Assembly: GCA_003427395.1 (NCBI GenBank)
Contig: BFEA01000020.1
Location: 2,374,577-2,438,576 of the forward strand
Source: Chara braunii
Taxonomy: Eukaryota > Plantae > Charophyceae
Direction: 5' to 3'
DNA length: 64,000 bases
Both the position numbers and the translations under genes were made by a program. The first letter of the stretch is position 1; the number at the start of each line of letters is the position of its first letter. The notes beneath the pieces are model-generated. The model saw only the letters and a list, made by a program, of their open reading frames with translations. It had not been told where the DNA came from and did no database searches. This document shows positions 26,381 to 38,227 of the stretch, one piece after another.

Positions 26381-27665
26381 GAGCTAAAGTGTGTATGATC
26401 TAAACTAGAATCCACACTGAATCCTACCTCAGCATGACACACAACCGATTATGATACACAACTAACTTAGGTATGCCTGGACAGAAACAGTTAGGTGGTT
26501 GGGTGTCACCCAGTGTCAGATCCTACAGGGAATATTAAATTTATTTTTAGATTACTCTAACACAGATTACAATGCAGCAAAGAATATACTCCTCTATCTG
26601 CAGCTGTCTGTCAGTTGTTAGTCAAGTCCGTAACAACTAAATAATCAAAAATAAAAATAATGCTCCCTACAGAGATGTATGCTGGATGGTAGTTTATCTA
26701 ATTAATGCCACCACGAACAGTTACCGGAATCCAACCCTTTCCCTGTATCCCTCTTGAGTAGTCACTTTGTGTCGATGTTCCTAGGCACCTAGTTGAGCAG
26801 CGTGTCTAAAGGTGTGCAATCCGGCCCCACCCCTGTGCCCCAAGTCAAGGCCGACCCTGCCAGCCCCTGCACATTATTTATCCTCGCATGCAACGAGCCT
26901 TACACCCGGTCTGATCTGGCTGATCAGGAGGCATTTAAGGAGATCCACCATAACTCCTCAGGAATTATTTAACGTCGCAGACAGGACGACGATCACAGCC
27001 AGAATCAACACCGAGTCCCCGCCACAAATATTTAGAGACGGTCTGGTAAGCGTTTGTTCGAAGGGCTGAAATGCCCTGCATGGCCTCTATTGCGCAGCAG
27101 CAGAACCAAGGACTTGCGGCAAAGCATGCGTGTACGAGTCCCGGCGGGTTGGCATGGTGATAGTGACCCGAGTGCTTCGTCCAGGGCCCTTCAGAGGCAA
27201 CGCCCGTCTCCCACCAGCTTGCTGCCCAGGGAGAATGTCGACTCTCAAGGTTGAGCACTCGCAACACCTCACATTGAGAGGACTCTAAAGACAAGACTCA
27301 CTTCCTCACGGTAAGAAGCAATGAAGAGGGTAGATAAGGAAGGAAGCAACGTACCTCATAATGCTGCCCCCCACCACTGATTTCTCACCAGCAACCTGAT
27401 GTGCATTTATGATGACCGGTCTTTGCCTCGGCACAACCAACAGCAGAATGAGTTCCACCTCGGCTTAAATGCCACATCAGCGAGCTCTCATCATCCAGCG
27501 TACAGCCCTATTGTCACCACATAGCTTCCTGGCGCGCCCACACCACCCTGGGCCGCCTACCGTTCAACGCCCATGCCTTATCACTGCCCCACACCTCATG
27601 CGAAGCACCGAACAGCTATTGCGAAGAACCAATGAGCACATTTCGAACCAGTTCCGATACCAAAT

Positions 27666-29192
27666 TGCAAGGAAAATGCACAGAAACGAGATGACAATAT
27701 TCAGATTGCACAATCACATTGAAAGCAGGGCTGGTCCCCAGATGAACCGGGGACCCCTACCCCATCCGCGGTCCTCCCGGTTGGACTGGCCGGTGGCCCG
27801 GGCAAGTTCCCTCCCGGTTGCCTCCAGCGCATTTTTGCTGGGGGCTGAAATTTTTTTTTTGCCGGCGTGTATGTGTTCCCAAGGCCTCATGGCGGCGGGC
27901 CCTGCCCCGCAATTTCGAAACCGGGTCCTGTAGGCCCGGATTTTTCAAGTCCAGAAAGTGGCCAATCTTGGCCGCCGATCGTTGCAGATCAGCGGCAAAG
28001 ATCGGCCAGGACCCCATTTCAGGCAGAGGATATCCGCCGCTTGCCTGTGCAGATCAGCGGCGGAGAACAGCCACGCATTTTTCCTAAGATGTGGGTCGGG
28101 TAGGCCACTTCTCCAATTTGTCATCTTGTGGTCCAGGACCAGTTACCATTGGCAACATCTGATGCTCTTTCACCCTCAGGCACGAGGTGAACACTATGCT
28201 TCTGAAGAGTCTTTGCTGAGATTATATCCTTCTGCGTCGTCCCTGCCATCTGTGGAAAAAGTTATGGGTTCGGATTTTCGAATCGTGATTTCAGAGCCGT
28301 CCGAGGTGCAATCCCAAGAATGGACCTAGGCTATATTCTTCTCTCTATCTATCTCGAATGGACCTTGCTCCACTGCATGTATCTGGACAGACTGCCAGGC
28401 AAGATACTTACGGACTGACAACGCTCTGCCTCCACGAGCTGAAAGCTGGAACCATAACTTTTCTGCTGTCGAAATATACTCTGGAAGGGCTATAATTTCG
28501 GGCAAGGACCTCCTCTCATCATATCTGGTTCAGCTCGTGGGGTATCAATATCAAATGACATACTCCACGAAGTGCTCCAGCCACGGGGGGGTCGGATAAG
28601 TGAATTTGTTTACTTGACCGCTCCCCGAGGAAGCCATAGTTGCCTGAATATGTCAATAATAACCCCCTGCCCCCCTCTGGAAGCCCCCTGAAAAATGCTG
28701 TACCTTGAAAATTTTATTGCAGATTCGGACAGCTCTTGAAGAGCGCAGTCGGAATCTGCCCAAAAAAAAAAAAAAAAAAAAAAAAAAAAGATATTTGGGC
28801 ACTTTTTTTTTTCAAAACCAGTTTCCCGGTTCATCCCCCCTGGGCTGGTCCAGCTCCGGTTGGACAAGGGTAGCTCAACCGGCCGGTTGCCGGCCCAGCA
28901 CTGATTGAAAGCCAAATCGTATCACAGTGTTCAGAAAGCAGCATTGCACCAATATAACACCAATGGAGAATCGTAGCACTGAAAATCAATGTCAATGAGA
29001 GCTTGCTCTCGCCACCACCAACATATGTATCCAGTCTCTATCTCCCTACTTGGCGCTCAGCGCCCAGCCTACTCCCTACACAGCTACAACTAGCCTACTA
29101 ATTCACAATGCAACTGTTGAGGTCAGCAGCCTCCGAAGTACTTAAAGATGTCGCCCATGCAGACCATCGCCAATACCAGGTATGTGCCCTCA

Positions 29193-29228
<36 letters not shown>

Positions 29229-29870
29229 TCTCTCTGTCTCTCCCTTGTCTCTCTCCCACGTCTTCCCTTTGTACACCTGAAGACCAACCCTGCGCCTCAC
29301 TGTACATCCAAGCCCACCAGCTATGGAGGCTGGGCTATGGCGCTGCCCTCAGCAGCACCCTGCTCTCTGCACGACCGCACGTGCTTGCACCTCGCCGCTC
29401 AGCGCTAGCAGCAGGTCACGAGCTTCAGCTCCAGCAGCGCTGCCACCAGCATGCGAGTGCCCGAATGAGCCGCCAGCCAGCGAGCTCTTTCCTATATGGA
29501 AAAGAGCTGGCCTGGCTTCGCAGCCTGGCTGCCCTGAGCCTGGGCCCAGAAGCTTCCGGTAGGCCCCAAGGTGCTGCGCCTTTGGTGCAGCTACCGGGCC
29601 TCATTCGGTTGGGCCTCCCAACTGTCTGTGTATGACGCTGCAAACCTCGCCCAGGGCCTGTGCTTTTGGAAAGGCCTAGAAGGCCTGGGATTTTCCATGC
29701 TGCTCAGCCTGTGTTTTCCTTCAACCAACTGGCGCGACGAAACTGCGTGGACCCCAAATACGAAATTGACAGCCAAGGGCCTCTCGTGATTTGTTAGGCC
29801 CGCCTTCACTTAGGGCAGGCACATTTGTGGCAGGGGCCCCTAAGGCCCGCCGAGGACCCACATCTTTGCA
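27666..29870 (-). repeat. 5' LTR of the Gypsy element, interrupted by a hAT-type insertion
   Basis: Aligns to 20281-21286 once 27726-28911 is removed. Confidence 0.92.
27726..28903. mobile_element. Non-autonomous hAT-type DNA transposon
   Basis: TIRs CAGGGCTGG / CCAGCACTG; perfect 8-bp TSD ATTGAAAG (27718-27725, 28904-28911); empty site visible in the other LTR. Confidence 0.93.
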
Positions 29871-29885
29871 AAAAGCATTAAAAAC

Positions 29886-30355
29886 CTAGGGAGATATCCC
29901 GGGGGCCCGGGTCCTGATGTCACACCCGGTTTGGCGACCGGGTGACCGGCTGGGCATGACCCCCGGGCATGGGCCCAGGCAGCCCCAGCACAAAAAAAAA
30001 AAAAAAAAAAAAATCTGAAAAAAAAATGTTGTGTAGAATTGGAATACAAAGTAACAAACAACTTTTGGCTGAGGGTCACAGAAGAATTCCTCACGGAACT
30101 CGAGATAAAAGAAAAGAAAACAAATCACACTAGGCACCCACCTTTAAACCCCTTTAGCCCCTTTAAAATTCATTTATACTCCCCTACCCACCCCTTGACA
30201 GCCAACTCTCAGAAAAAGAAAAGAGCCCAGATTCGGGCTCCTCTCGGAAAGTGAGGAAAAAACCCACTGCAATTATTTTTTATTCTATTTTATCCCATGC
30301 AGGGTATCTCGGGCGTCACGCTCGGGTGACCGGCCGGTCATGAAAATCTTCCTAG
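29886..30355. mobile_element. MITE with CTAGG termini, copy 1
   Basis: CTAGGGAGATATC / GAAAATCTTCCTAG ends; colinear with 32734-33186; degenerate TSD. Confidence 0.8.
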
Positions 30356-30532
30356 TTCAAAAACCCATAAACAGGTTGACAAAGACACTACCACTGCACC
30401 ACTCTTCCATCTAAGATACTTTTACAGTCTTTGACTTCATTGAATTAGCAAAAACATATCTGAAACAGATCAACAGAGTACTACTATGGTAGAGTATGAC
30501 TCTTTGATCCAATCCATCATGAACCCACCCAC

Positions 30533-30664
30533 CTCTGGATGAATTCTGAAGTAATGAATTGAGCCGCTAACAATCTGCAAAGGCTTCCCATCCAGGAAAA
30601 ATGTGTCCTCTCCCAGCCGAAACCTCCGCACAGCTCCCACATGAGTCCTCTTTTCATTTATGAA
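30533..30664 (-). CDS. BGAL17: GH35 beta-galactosidase, coding exon 2
   Basis: aag|FINEKRTHVGAVRRFRLGEDTFFLDGKPLQIVSGSIHYFRIHPE|gtggg; joins YW of exon 3 in phase 0; the acceptor position is less certain than the donor. Confidence 0.9.
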
Positions 30665-31139
30665 CTTTCGTCCACAATTACAGAAACAACACAGACATTA
30701 TCAAAACACCCACAAGAGAGCGACTTAGTTCAGTCAACATAAAACTTCATAAACAAGATGTGAAATCAGTGCAAATAAACTCCTATCAAGTAAAATAAAC
30801 CAACCAAAGTGAGGGTACTCATGAGTCATGTCCACACAATTTGACACAAAGGCAATCAATTCAGCTATAGCGGAAAACCTTCGGTTATGCAATAGCATGC
30901 ATGAAAACTTCTACAGTCATCTATTTAAAATTTAAATCATAAGTTCCCTGTTCTTCCTTCTTGATTTTTAAATGTTTCACATCTACGAGCATTCACTGTA
31001 TTGCACAGTCCAGAGTGACCTCCGCATACATATTGTGAAATTGTTCTTTTTCCCAAAAATTGGACCATTCGCAGGGCTGGTTGCCAACCACCCGGCAGCA
31101 CCAGCGGTTAACGGGTAGCTGAAAATTCAGGAATGAAAA

Positions 31140-31460
31140 TTTTGAAGTGAAGAGTTTTGGGCAGTCTGAAAATCCCGAATGGACCTGAAGTGGTGAAAGG
31201 TTCGAAGACCCTGAAAACTACCTGTTTAGGCAGGCTGCATCCTGAAGTGGTGAAGTGAGAGTTTTGGGCAGTCTGAAAATCCTGAATGGTCTTGAAGTGG
31301 TGAAAGGTCGGAAGACCCTGGAAACCACCTGTTTAGGCAGGCTGCATCCTGAAGTGGTGAAGGGTGTCCTGAAGTGGTGAAAGGTCCGAAGACCCTGAAA
31401 ACCACCTGTTTAGGCAGGTTGCATCCTGAAGTGGTGAAGGGTGTCTTGAAGTGGTGATGA
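31140..31460. repeat. Tandem subterminal repeats (gaagtggtgaa.../gaagaccctgaaaac) of a probable hAT-type element starting CAGGGCTGG at about 31072
   Basis: Repeated units; same terminal 9-mer as the 27726 element. Confidence 0.6.
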
Positions 31461-31830
31461 AAAATACGACTGTTGTTAACCTTCTCTCCTTGGCAGGCCC
31501 TCCCACGCCCAGATCTGTTCTGGAAGAACCCAGATCTGTTCTGGACGAACCAGCAGGTCGTACTCCAGGTAGTCCTAGTGCATTTCGTACTCCAGCAGTG
31601 AGACTATTCCAACATTGTCAATTATGAGTTTTTGGTGTACTCTTATTTGGTGAAACTCGTTATGCAATTATGCTTTTGGTTCGAGTTCACGACTATCTGG
31701 TCTTATGTGTATGATGTTGTTTGATTGCTGAAGTTCGATATTGCTCATCTTCCTTGCAAAAAGATGGCGGTGTCAAAAACTTGCTCGCCCACTCAATAAT
31801 TTCATTCTCGTTTTATTTTTTCTAATTTTC

Positions 31831-32431
31831 CATGGCTACGCCGGATCCGGACATTTCTGGACATGGAACTGGACCCGTGTCCGGTAGTTTCCGGACGTCC
31901 GGAATTCCGGACATTTCCGGACCTCCAGACATGGGGGGATCCGGACGGTCCGGATGTCTGGACAGGTCCGGAAATGTCCGGACCATTAAAAAAAAAAAAA
32001 ATCTGAAAAAAAAAAATGTTATGCAGAAAAACAATGTAGACCACTTTTGCCTCAGAGTCATGTCAGAATTCCTAACCAAACTTGAGTTAAAAAAGTCAAA
32101 AACTATAAAAAGCTTAAAAAAAGACTTTAAAAAGTGAAAAACACTAATAAAAGGTAATGAGTTATTCATAATATAAAACTTGGGGTTGTCTAATAAATTA
32201 TTATAGAGAGAGAGCATGTCCGGACCCCCCAAAAAAGCATAAACGGGCCTGAAAAACCCTCAAAACAATTTTGGGGGCTTGACTCCTCAATGGGGAAGGG
32301 TCCTGGGCTGTTTTTTTTTTTTTTTTTTTTCTCGACATTTGGCAGATCCGGACCGTCTGGACCGGACGTCCGGATTCCGGACCAAATCCGGGCGTCTGGA
32401 CGGCGGTCCGGACGTCCGGATCGTAGCCATG
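31831..32431. mobile_element. hAT-type MITE
   Basis: Perfect TIR CATGGCTACG / CGTAGCCATG; perfect 8-bp TSD TAATTTTC; dense TCCGGA(C) subterminal motifs. Confidence 0.93.
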
Positions 32432-32733
32432 TAATTTTCATTAGTATTATTCATTTTTAGTATTTGATTTTTATTTCAAATTTGGTAAAGAATTTTGATG
32501 TAACGTTGAGGCAAATGTTGTTTAGTTTATTTTTATGCATAACATATATGTTTTTTCAGAGTTTTTGGAGTTCTCTTTTTTTTTTTTTTTTTTTTTCCCT
32601 TTGGGTCCGCGTTTGGCCGAACGACCGAACGCGTCGAGAGAGGGTGCCGAACGTTCGGGGGTTCAACCCATCCCAAACGTCGGCAACATTGTATGGGGTT
32701 GTAGGGTTTTGAAAGCCCTACAGCCCCATTTTT

Positions 32734-33186
32734 CTAGGCTGTTTTCCCGGGCGCCCGGACACTAACTTCTGCCCGGGTACACGCCCGGGTGCCAGGCCGG
32801 GCATGACCCCTGGGCAGGGTTTCGGGCAGCCCCCGCGACAAAAAAAAAAACAAAAAACTCAAAAAATTCCAGAAAAAAAAAAATGTTGTGTAGGATTGAA
32901 ATGCAAACCACGTTTAGCTGAGGGTCACATTATAATTCCTCACCGAATCGGAGATAAAAAAGAAAATAACAGAATCACACAAAGGAACACACTTTTAACT
33001 CCTCTTAGCTCCTTTAAAAATAATTTATACCCCCCTTTCCCCCCTTGACAGCCAACTCTCAAAAATTGAAACGAGCCTTGATTTGGGCTCCTCTGGGAAG
33101 GCACAGAAATTGCACGCTCGAGTACTTCGGGCGTCACGCCCGGGTGCTCGGCCGGGCAGGACCGGCCGGCGTGAGAATCTTCCTAG
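32734..33186. mobile_element. MITE with CTAGG termini, copy 2
   Basis: CTAGG...CCTAG ends; perfect 8-bp TSD CCATTTTT. Confidence 0.88.
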
Positions 33187-33389
33187 CCATTTTTCTTTTT
33201 TTTTAATTTGACTTCATTTACGATTTGTAAAAAATAAAAAACAAAAATCTGTTAAAAATAAAAATAAAAATAAATAAAAGAAAAGCAGGATTTTTTTTTT
33301 TCCATTTTTTTCACGAGTGGTATGTCCTCCTAAAAATTTCCCCAAGATAATTGTTTGTTTTTTTTCTTTTTCTTCTTCTTCTGTGCTGT

Positions 33390-33477
33390 TTGATTGATTG
33401 ATTGATTGATTAATTGATTAATTGATTGATTGATTAGAATCTCACGGCCCTATGTGTGCGTGTGTGTGTATGTGTGT

Positions 33478-33532
<55 letters not shown>

Positions 33533-33688
33533 GGCGTGTATGTGTGCGCGTGTGCGTGCTTATGTGTGTGTGTGTGTGATGTATGTGTGTGTGTGTGTGT
33601 GTGTGTTTGTGTGTGTGTGTGCGTATCTGCGTGTGTGCCGGGGAGAGGGGAGGGAGGACCCCTCCCCCACCAATCAATCAATCAATCA

Positions 33689-33731
<43 letters not shown>

Positions 33732-33783
33732 CCCCCCCCCCCCCCCCCCCCCCCCCCAAATTTCACTTTTTTTTTTTTTTTTC
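33390..33783. repeat. (TGAT)n, (TG)n, (ATCA)n and homopolymer tracts
   Basis: Direct reading. Confidence 0.9.
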
Positions 33784-34764
33784 TTAGTGGCTTCCGGAGG
33801 GGGATGCCATGTGCAAGCGATGCGCACGCCCCGTTTTGGGGCGTGCGGCTCCACCTGCGCGTGGCGCGACCGCAAAGTTGCTCGGTCGCACGGCCTAGGA
33901 CGCAGGATCCGCGGTCGTGGAGGTCACATAGTTGAGGAGGGTTGGACATCACTCCAGCCCCCAGGCAAAACCGCGGGTTTACAGTGAGCCCTTGATCTGG
34001 TCGAGATCAAAGGCTAACAGTAGTCGCGCGACAGCCACAGCCTTAGTAGGGGCAGTTTCTTTAACTCCCCTATTTTTCTTTTTGTTTTCTTTTCCTCGGC
34101 CATCTCGAAATTTCACGAGATAACTGAGGTCATGACATTTCCAAATCTGTTTTTCTTTTATTTTTCTGATGAGGGGTTAGAGAGATACAACCCCTTTCAG
34201 TTTGATGTATCTGGACCCATTTCCCAAGGCAGATACATCAGGGAAAAGGTTGTACTTGGCCTTTTCCTCTATGACCCCTCAGTTTTCAGGATCCCTCTAA
34301 AAACGGGAGCCTGACAGTTTCCTCTGGTAGGTAGCACCTTGTGAGGACAAGTGTCCTCATAAGAATGCTGCAAAAAGAAATAACAAACAGTAAGAGAAAG
34401 AAAGGAATAAAACTACATTTAACTGAACGCACCTGACCCTTACCCTGGTCAGGTGCAGGCTGTTGAAACGAACAACCTTTTTCTTTTTTCTTTTTCTGGC
34501 GCTCCCCTGAAAATGGGGAGGGTTGTTGTCAGGTTTGGAGGAGTAGGACCTCCCCTCCCAACTCTCGTTCTCTCTCTTTCCCTCTCAACTTCTCACGCGT
34601 ACATCGTGAGCCACGATTATTCCTGCCATGTGAGGTGGGAGTTTGTCATGCTCCCACACAGCCAAACTTGTTGTTGTTCCAACCACTAGGCAATTGCCTT
34701 GTTTTTTTGGGAATATCAAGGGAAAAAAAAAAAAAAAAAAAAAAAAAAAGGAAAAAAAAAAAAA

Positions 34765-35760
34765 ANNNNNNNNNNNNNNNNNNNNNNNNNNNNNNNNNNN
34801 NNNNNNNNNNNNNNNNNNNNNNNNNNNNNNNNNNNNNNNNNNNNNNNNNNNNNNNNNNNNNNNNNNNNNNNNNNNNNNNNNNNNNNNNNNNNNNNNNNNN
34901 NNNNNNNNNNNNNNNNNNNNNNNNNNNNNNNNNNNNNNNNNNNNNNNNNNNNNNNNNNNNNNNNNNNNNNNNNNNNNNNNNNNNNNNNNNNNNNNNNNNN
35001 NNNNNNNNNNNNNNNNNNNNNNNNNNNNNNNNNNNNNNNNNNNNNNNNNNNNNNNNNNNNNNNNNNNNNNNNNNNNNNNNNNNNNNNNNNNNNNNNNNNN
35101 NNNNNNNNNNNNNNNNNNNNNNNNNNNNNNNNNNNNNNNNNNNNNNNNNNNNNNNNNNNNNNNNNNNNNNNNNNNNNNNNNNNNNNNNNNNNNNNNNNNN
35201 NNNNNNNNNNNNNNNNNNNNNNNNNNNNNNNNNNNNNNNNNNNNNNNNNNNNNNNNNNNNNNNNNNNNNNNNNNNNNNNNNNNNNNNNNNNNNNNNNNNN
35301 NNNNNNNNNNNNNNNNNNNNNNNNNNNNNNNNNNNNNNNNNNNNNNNNNNNNNNNNNNNNNNNNNNNNNNNNNNNNNNNNNNNNNNNNNNNNNNNNNNNN
35401 NNNNNNNNNNNNNNNNNNNNNNNNNNNNNNNNNNNNNNNNNNNNNNNNNNNNNNNNNNNNNNNNNNNNNNNNNNNNNNNNNNNNNNNNNNNNNNNNNNNN
35501 NNNNNNNNNNNNNNNNNNNNNNNNNNNNNNNNNNNNNNNNNNNNNNNNNNNNNNNNNNNNNNNNNNNNNNNNNNNNNNNNNNNNNNNNNNNNNNNNNNNN
35601 NNNNNNNNNNNNNNNNNNNNNNNNNNNNNNNNNNNNNNNNNNNNNNNNNNNNNNNNNNNNNNNNNNNNNNNNNNNNNNNNNNNNNNNNNNNNNNNNNNNN
35701 NNNNNNNNNNNNNNNNNNNNNNNNNNNNNNNNNNNNNNNNNNNNNNNNNNNNNNNNNNNN
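34765..35760. other. Assembly gap (N)
   Basis: N run. Confidence 1.
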
Positions 35761-35765
35761 TTGTT

Positions 35766-35801
<36 letters not shown>

Positions 35802-35892
35802 GCTTAGACCAACGATCATTTCGAACCGCGTAGCCTAAAGCCATTCCCCCCCGTCGAAACTACCGACCCGAGTTCGAGTCCCGAAGGACTCG

Positions 35893-35949
35893 AAAAAAAA
35901 TTTGGACCATTTATCGATTTATGCATGTCATCCTTGCACAGGGGCCATG
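35893..35949 (-). pseudogene. U6: U6 snRNA 3'-half fragment
   Basis: Minus strand CATGGCCCCTGTGCAAGGATGACATGCATAAATCGATAAATGGTCCAAATTTTTTT matches the plant U6 3' half; the 5' half including the ACAGAGA box is absent. Confidence 0.9.
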
Positions 35950-36992
35950 TTGTTTCAGCGCGGCTGATTTTGGCCGCGAGATATGAAGATCTCACGGTCA
36001 AAATTGACCTCGTTTCCTGTTCCTCTCGGTGGGCTGCTGCAAAAGGAGCTAGCCCAAGTAGTGTCGTGTCGGGTTTGATCCCGGTATCTGCTAGATGATA
36101 AATTGGCACGTTATCCTACTGGGCTAGTTCCTACCACAGTAAGGTAGGAGCAACTTTTTTTTATGAAGAGCTCCGCCTCAGTGGAACGTCCGTCTATGCC
36201 TGCGCCGGCCGTTTACCATGTCGGTCGCCCATCCTTTCAAACGAGCGTCGAGCCTCATAGAATGGGATGCTGGACCTTCAACACGTAAGTGCGGGTTCAA
36301 GAACCGACGAGGGCAAATGCTTGAAGCGCATGACTTCGGACCCCATACCTTTTCGCGTCGTAGTCGCAGACATGACGCGGCCGCTCTTTTTGGTATTCCT
36401 ATGCCCTGAATCGCGCGGCTGTCAATATTTTAGGTAGGATAGGTCTTAGCTTTAGCATTCCCACGACCGTGTGCCCTCTGTGGCTCCACTAGAAACCGCG
36501 TATGGCAGGTCACACTGCCGATTACCGCCATTATTCTCGGACGTCACAAGCGTCCAGGCTAAGGTCCAAAAAAAGTTATAGTCTCTCGATCACCGGATAC
36601 TAATATAAGGTATCTCAAGCAAGCAGACAACCTTACAAAGGTGGCTGAGCAAATACCTTTGCAAGGGTGTCTGCTCCGACACCGGATACTAATATAACAT
36701 AATCCGGGAGCGGGACGGGCCAGGGCAGCATGGGCACGTGGCACGTGCTCGTGAGGCGGCCTTGCCACGTGCAAGTGCGGCGACCTTGGCCTTGGCGCTT
36801 GCACGAGCACACGTCATGACGCTCTTCTTTTTCACGTGACACTCTTCTTTTTCGCGCGTCACTCAGCCCTGCTCACTTTTCCTGTTGTTTCCCGTCTTCT
36901 GCCTCCGAAAAAGGGCCAAAATCTTGCTATCGGGATTACACCATTTTTGCACACTTGAGAGATGGGATATGGGTGGAGCGGGGACCGTTCCC

Positions 36993-37793
36993 GCTCTGAT
37001 ACCAGTGTGACGGACCCACAGGGATGGCAGTCTGTCAGAATCAAGATGAAGGGATGAGGACGGGCGAGATGGAGATGGAGCTAGAAGGGACAGACGGACT
37101 GACTGGACTGGACTGGCCTGGTACCGACAGTGGTACCGGCCAGGACTGGACTGGGCTAAATGAGCACACGGCCTGTGGGGGCAGGCCACGGCCAAACAGG
37201 CAAAATAGCCAGATAGCCCTGCCTCTAGGCCAGAGCAGCTAGAGGCACGCTGCAACCTACCGTCTTCACCCGAATAGAACGCCCGGTCATTATAGCTGTA
37301 TTTGGAGCAACTTCCAGTCCAGATGCAGTGATAATGACCAGGCATTCTATTCGGGCTATGAAGGTGGTCCACCTGGTCTGCTTTCTGACCAGATCCCCTC
37401 TCAGGTGGCACGCTGTTCCACGTGTTGGACGGACTACTGGTGGCCTCCACGCAATTCCAATGGTCATGATTTGGTTATGGGTTTCACGATCTAGTGGTGG
37501 CCTCCACTCCAATCTTCTAGTGCTGGCCTTTACGCAATCCCACTGAGTGGTCATGATTTGGTTATGGGTTTCATGTCCTCGACGAACACGTGCCGTTCAT
37601 GGAAACCCATAACCAAATCATGACGACAACTTGGGGAAGAGAGAAGAGAGGACATAACATTTTCCCCTTCGAAGACAGTAGCCATGATTTTGTTCCAGCG
37701 GTAATCGGACGACATAGGGGTCCTGATGACACCCATGAGGACCGTAGCACCACGCGATCAAATGACAACCATCTTACAGCACGTGTTGTCACA
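36993..37793 (-). mobile_element. LTR (37006-37793) with tRNA-iMet PBS; truncated LTR retrotransposon
   Basis: TGTGAC...GTCACA termini; minus-strand TGGTATCAGAGC at 36993-37004, 1 nt from the LTR end. Confidence 0.75.
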
Positions 37794-37970
37794 CTGTGCC
37801 TTGATGACTGATGTGAAAGAAGGCAGAATTATCGAAGCAGGGTAATGTGAACCGATCGTAATGATGTTGCCATGAGAGGGAGGACCCAGCAAAGTGGTCC
37901 AGTTTGTAAGGGACCCATCTTTAACACCACCCCCCACAAAAAAATAAAAAAAGAGAAAAAGAAAAATGTG

Positions 37971-38041
37971 GGCCAGTTAGGGGCTACCCACCTTTCCCCA
38001 CTACGTGTGCTCTCCGTTAGGGGCTACCCATCTTGACCCTC

Positions 38042-38081
<40 letters not shown>

Positions 38082-38227
38082 AAATGGACCAGTTACGGGC
38101 GACCCATCTTGCCACCAAGTGTACTCTTCGTTTATGGGCTAACCATCTTGACCCCCCCCCCCCCTTTCCCCTTGCATAACATACGGAAGAGGCGCACTCC
38201 CTATTTCAAAACGGGTAGCCCCTAACG
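37971..38227. repeat. Cluster of ttaggggctaccc(atctt) motifs, four direct and one inverted; probable DNA-transposon subterminal repeats
   Basis: Direct reading. Confidence 0.55.

Larger units (their letters stand above)
20281..29870 (-). mobile_element. Ty3/Gypsy chromovirus LTR retrotransposon, decayed, both LTRs present
   Basis: TG..CA LTRs at 20281-21286 and 27666-29870; PPT at 21287-21300; Met-like PBS TGGTATCGGAAC beside 27666; gag-ZnF-PR-RT-RH-INT-chromodomain order. Confidence 0.95.

Noticed and set aside
34145-34200. Hammerhead ribozyme (CTGATGA followed by a stem), also considered at about 37733 and 63975
   Set aside because: No GAAA core after stem II and no stems I/III identified.
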